Source: a virus
Taxonomy: Duplodnaviria > Caudoviricetes
IMG/VR virus record: IMGVR_UViG_3300037484_000435
Location: 1-64,000 of that record
Strand: one strand, 5' to 3'
Length of the DNA: 64,000 nt
The position numbers and the translations under genes are program-made. The notes beneath the pieces were generated by a model, which made no database searches, was not told where the DNA came from, and worked only from the letters and a program-made list of their open reading frames with translations. Of this stretch, positions 62,913-64,000 are shown one piece after another. How positions within the stretch are numbered: position 1 is the first letter of the stretch; each line of letters starts with the position of its first letter.

Positions 62913-63153
62913 CAACAATTTCCACCTGTTTACAGGCGTCTACGGTCTGTGCGAGAAACGAGCTTGCTCGGCTAGAGGCACATTAAATAAAGATAGCGCA
63001 GTAATACTTCACTAATGGCTTCCCTCGATATTAAAGCCCCAGACCTGAGTAAGTCAGCAATGAAACTACTCCACCGACAAGAGGCTGTGCTACGATGTAG
63101 GCAGGGTGTAAAACTTCCTCTCTCAAGAAAAATATTACTTTGAAGATAGGTAA

Positions 63154-63960
63154 ATGGGGAAGAGACTCTACACTGTTAATGACAATTATTTTGATGATTT
63201 GAACTCAGAGGGACCATCTTACTGGTTGGGTGTCCTGAGTGCAGATGGGTATATTAGGGGTAACAGTATAAATCTCACTGTCAAAGAAGCTGATATTGAA
63301 TGGCTTACCTTATATAAAGAGGCTTTAGAGATTGAGGCTCCGATCCAAAAAGGACCAAAGGGATGTATTCGCGTCGTCTTTACCTCTAAACGTGTTGCTC
63401 AAAACTTGGTGTCCTACGGACTTGTGCAAAGGAAATCACTAACACTATCATTTTGTAGACAAGTTCCCGTTCCTCAAGTAAAACACTACGTCAGAGGACT
63501 AATAGACGGCGACGGGTCTTTGAGTCTGTCAAGTAAGATAGTCAGAATTGGCCTCACAGGAACCAAAGACATTGTTACATGTACAGACAATTATCTACGC
63601 CAATTTACAACTGCACGGAGCCAATTGAGACGCTCTTCCCGTTCAGTGGGTAAGGAATCTGGTGTTAACAAAGCATTTAGAGTTAATTGGTGTGGACGGC
63701 AAAATGTCGGGCAAATTGTCAAGCATCTCTATAACGAGTCCTCCTACTTTTTAGGTAGAAAGAAAATGTTAGCTGACAAAATAATCAAAGCAAACAAGAA
63801 TACAAAAGAAGGAATTTGTGAACATCTTTCAGAAACTGACCTTAAATCATTGTATTTTGTGCACGGCAGTTGGAGAAAAGTTGCGAGGGAATTGGGTATA
63901 AGTCAAAAAACATTTTCTGATTACAAAATAAAGATGATCGGAAAAGATAAGGTCTGTTAG
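63154..63960 (+). CDS. Free-standing LAGLIDADG endonuclease, copy B, with C-terminal HTH
   Basis: YWLGVLSADGY, YVRGLIDGDGS; shares the segment VNDNYFDDLNSEGPSYWLGVLSADGY exactly with copy A. Confidence 0.88.
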   Translation: MGKRLYTVNDNYFDDLNSEGPSYWLGVLSADGYIRGNSINLTVKEADIEWLTLYKEALEIEAPIQKGPKGCIRVVFTSKRVAQNLVSYGLVQRKSLTLSFCRQVPVPQVKHYVRGLIDGDGSLSLSSKIVRIGLTGTKDIVTCTDNYLRQFTTARSQLRRSSRSVGKESGVNKAFRVNWCGRQNVGQIVKHLYNESSYFLGRKKMLADKIIKANKNTKEGICEHLSETDLKSLYFVHGSWRKVARELGISQKTFSDYKIKMIGKDKVC

Positions 63961-64000
63961 CATAGCGGCTAGTGCGCCACGTTGTCAGCGTGGATTACGT
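63951..64000 (+). tRNA. trnD: tRNA-Asp(GTC), 5' part (cut by the window edge)
   Basis: GGTCTGT-TA-GCAT..GTGC D-arm, CCACG-TTGTCAG-CGTGG; overlaps the LAGLIDADG B stop codon. Confidence 0.75.

Noticed and set aside
62990-63035. Ninth Y-like unit (ATAGCGCAG...ATACTTC)
   Set aside because: The motifs are closer together than in U1-U8 and no convincing closing stems were found; possible remnant only.
63040-63070. Hammerhead ribozyme core (CTGAGTA...GAAAC)
   Set aside because: The core deviates from CUGANGA and flanking stems I-III could not be built.
62265-63150. tmRNA (TTCGAC near 62267, tandem pseudoknots, CTCCACC near 63071)
   Set aside because: No pairing GGGG acceptor 5' strand, no T-arm before CTCCACC, no CCA and no convincing tag ORF.
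60027-63960. Group I intron hosting the LAGLIDADG genes
   Set aside because: No P7 or other catalytic-core motifs recognised and no interrupted exon pair flanks either ORF; they appear free-standing.
1-64000. Genome-wide TAG recoding (code 15) suggested by the CUA tRNA
   Set aside because: Conserved proteins end at TAG at their natural C-termini (archease IIFDV), and long genes are open under code 11.

Overview
A 64-kb segment of a large (jumbo-type) phage genome. Essentially all credible genes lie on the + strand, most as short, tightly packed hypothetical ORFs. It carries 16 complete tRNA genes dispersed among the ORFs (Ser x4, Val x2, CAT x2, Gly x2, Ala x2, Cys, Glu, Asn x2 and an amber-suppressor CUA tRNA) plus a tRNA-Asp cut by the window end. 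Mobile elements: five paralogous Zn-finger/HNH endonucleases (four abut tRNA genes), two paralogous LAGLIDADG endonucleases, and an IS200/IS605-type IscB element with its omegaRNA. Accessory genes include RNA/NAD repair functions (RlaP-like nucleotidyltransferase, archease, Tpt1/KptA, NADAR, nicotinamidase-like), a vWA/PP2C/kinase triad, a PAS histidine kinase, an HD-GYP phosphodiesterase, a K+ channel and an L,D-transpeptidase. The most striking region is the ~2.3-kb ORF-free interval at 60852-63153 between the two LAGLIDADG genes. It holds (i) eight copies of a structured RNA unit with conserved AGCGGTG and TACTTC motifs but variable inserts, one containing a circularly permuted tRNA-His-like core (bacterial Y-RNA/YrlA-like topology), (ii) tRNA mimics with defective anticodon arms, and (iii) three tandem H-type pseudoknots supported by compensatory base changes. 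All protein calls come from motif recognition and all RNA folds were derived by hand; no database searches or folding programs were run.
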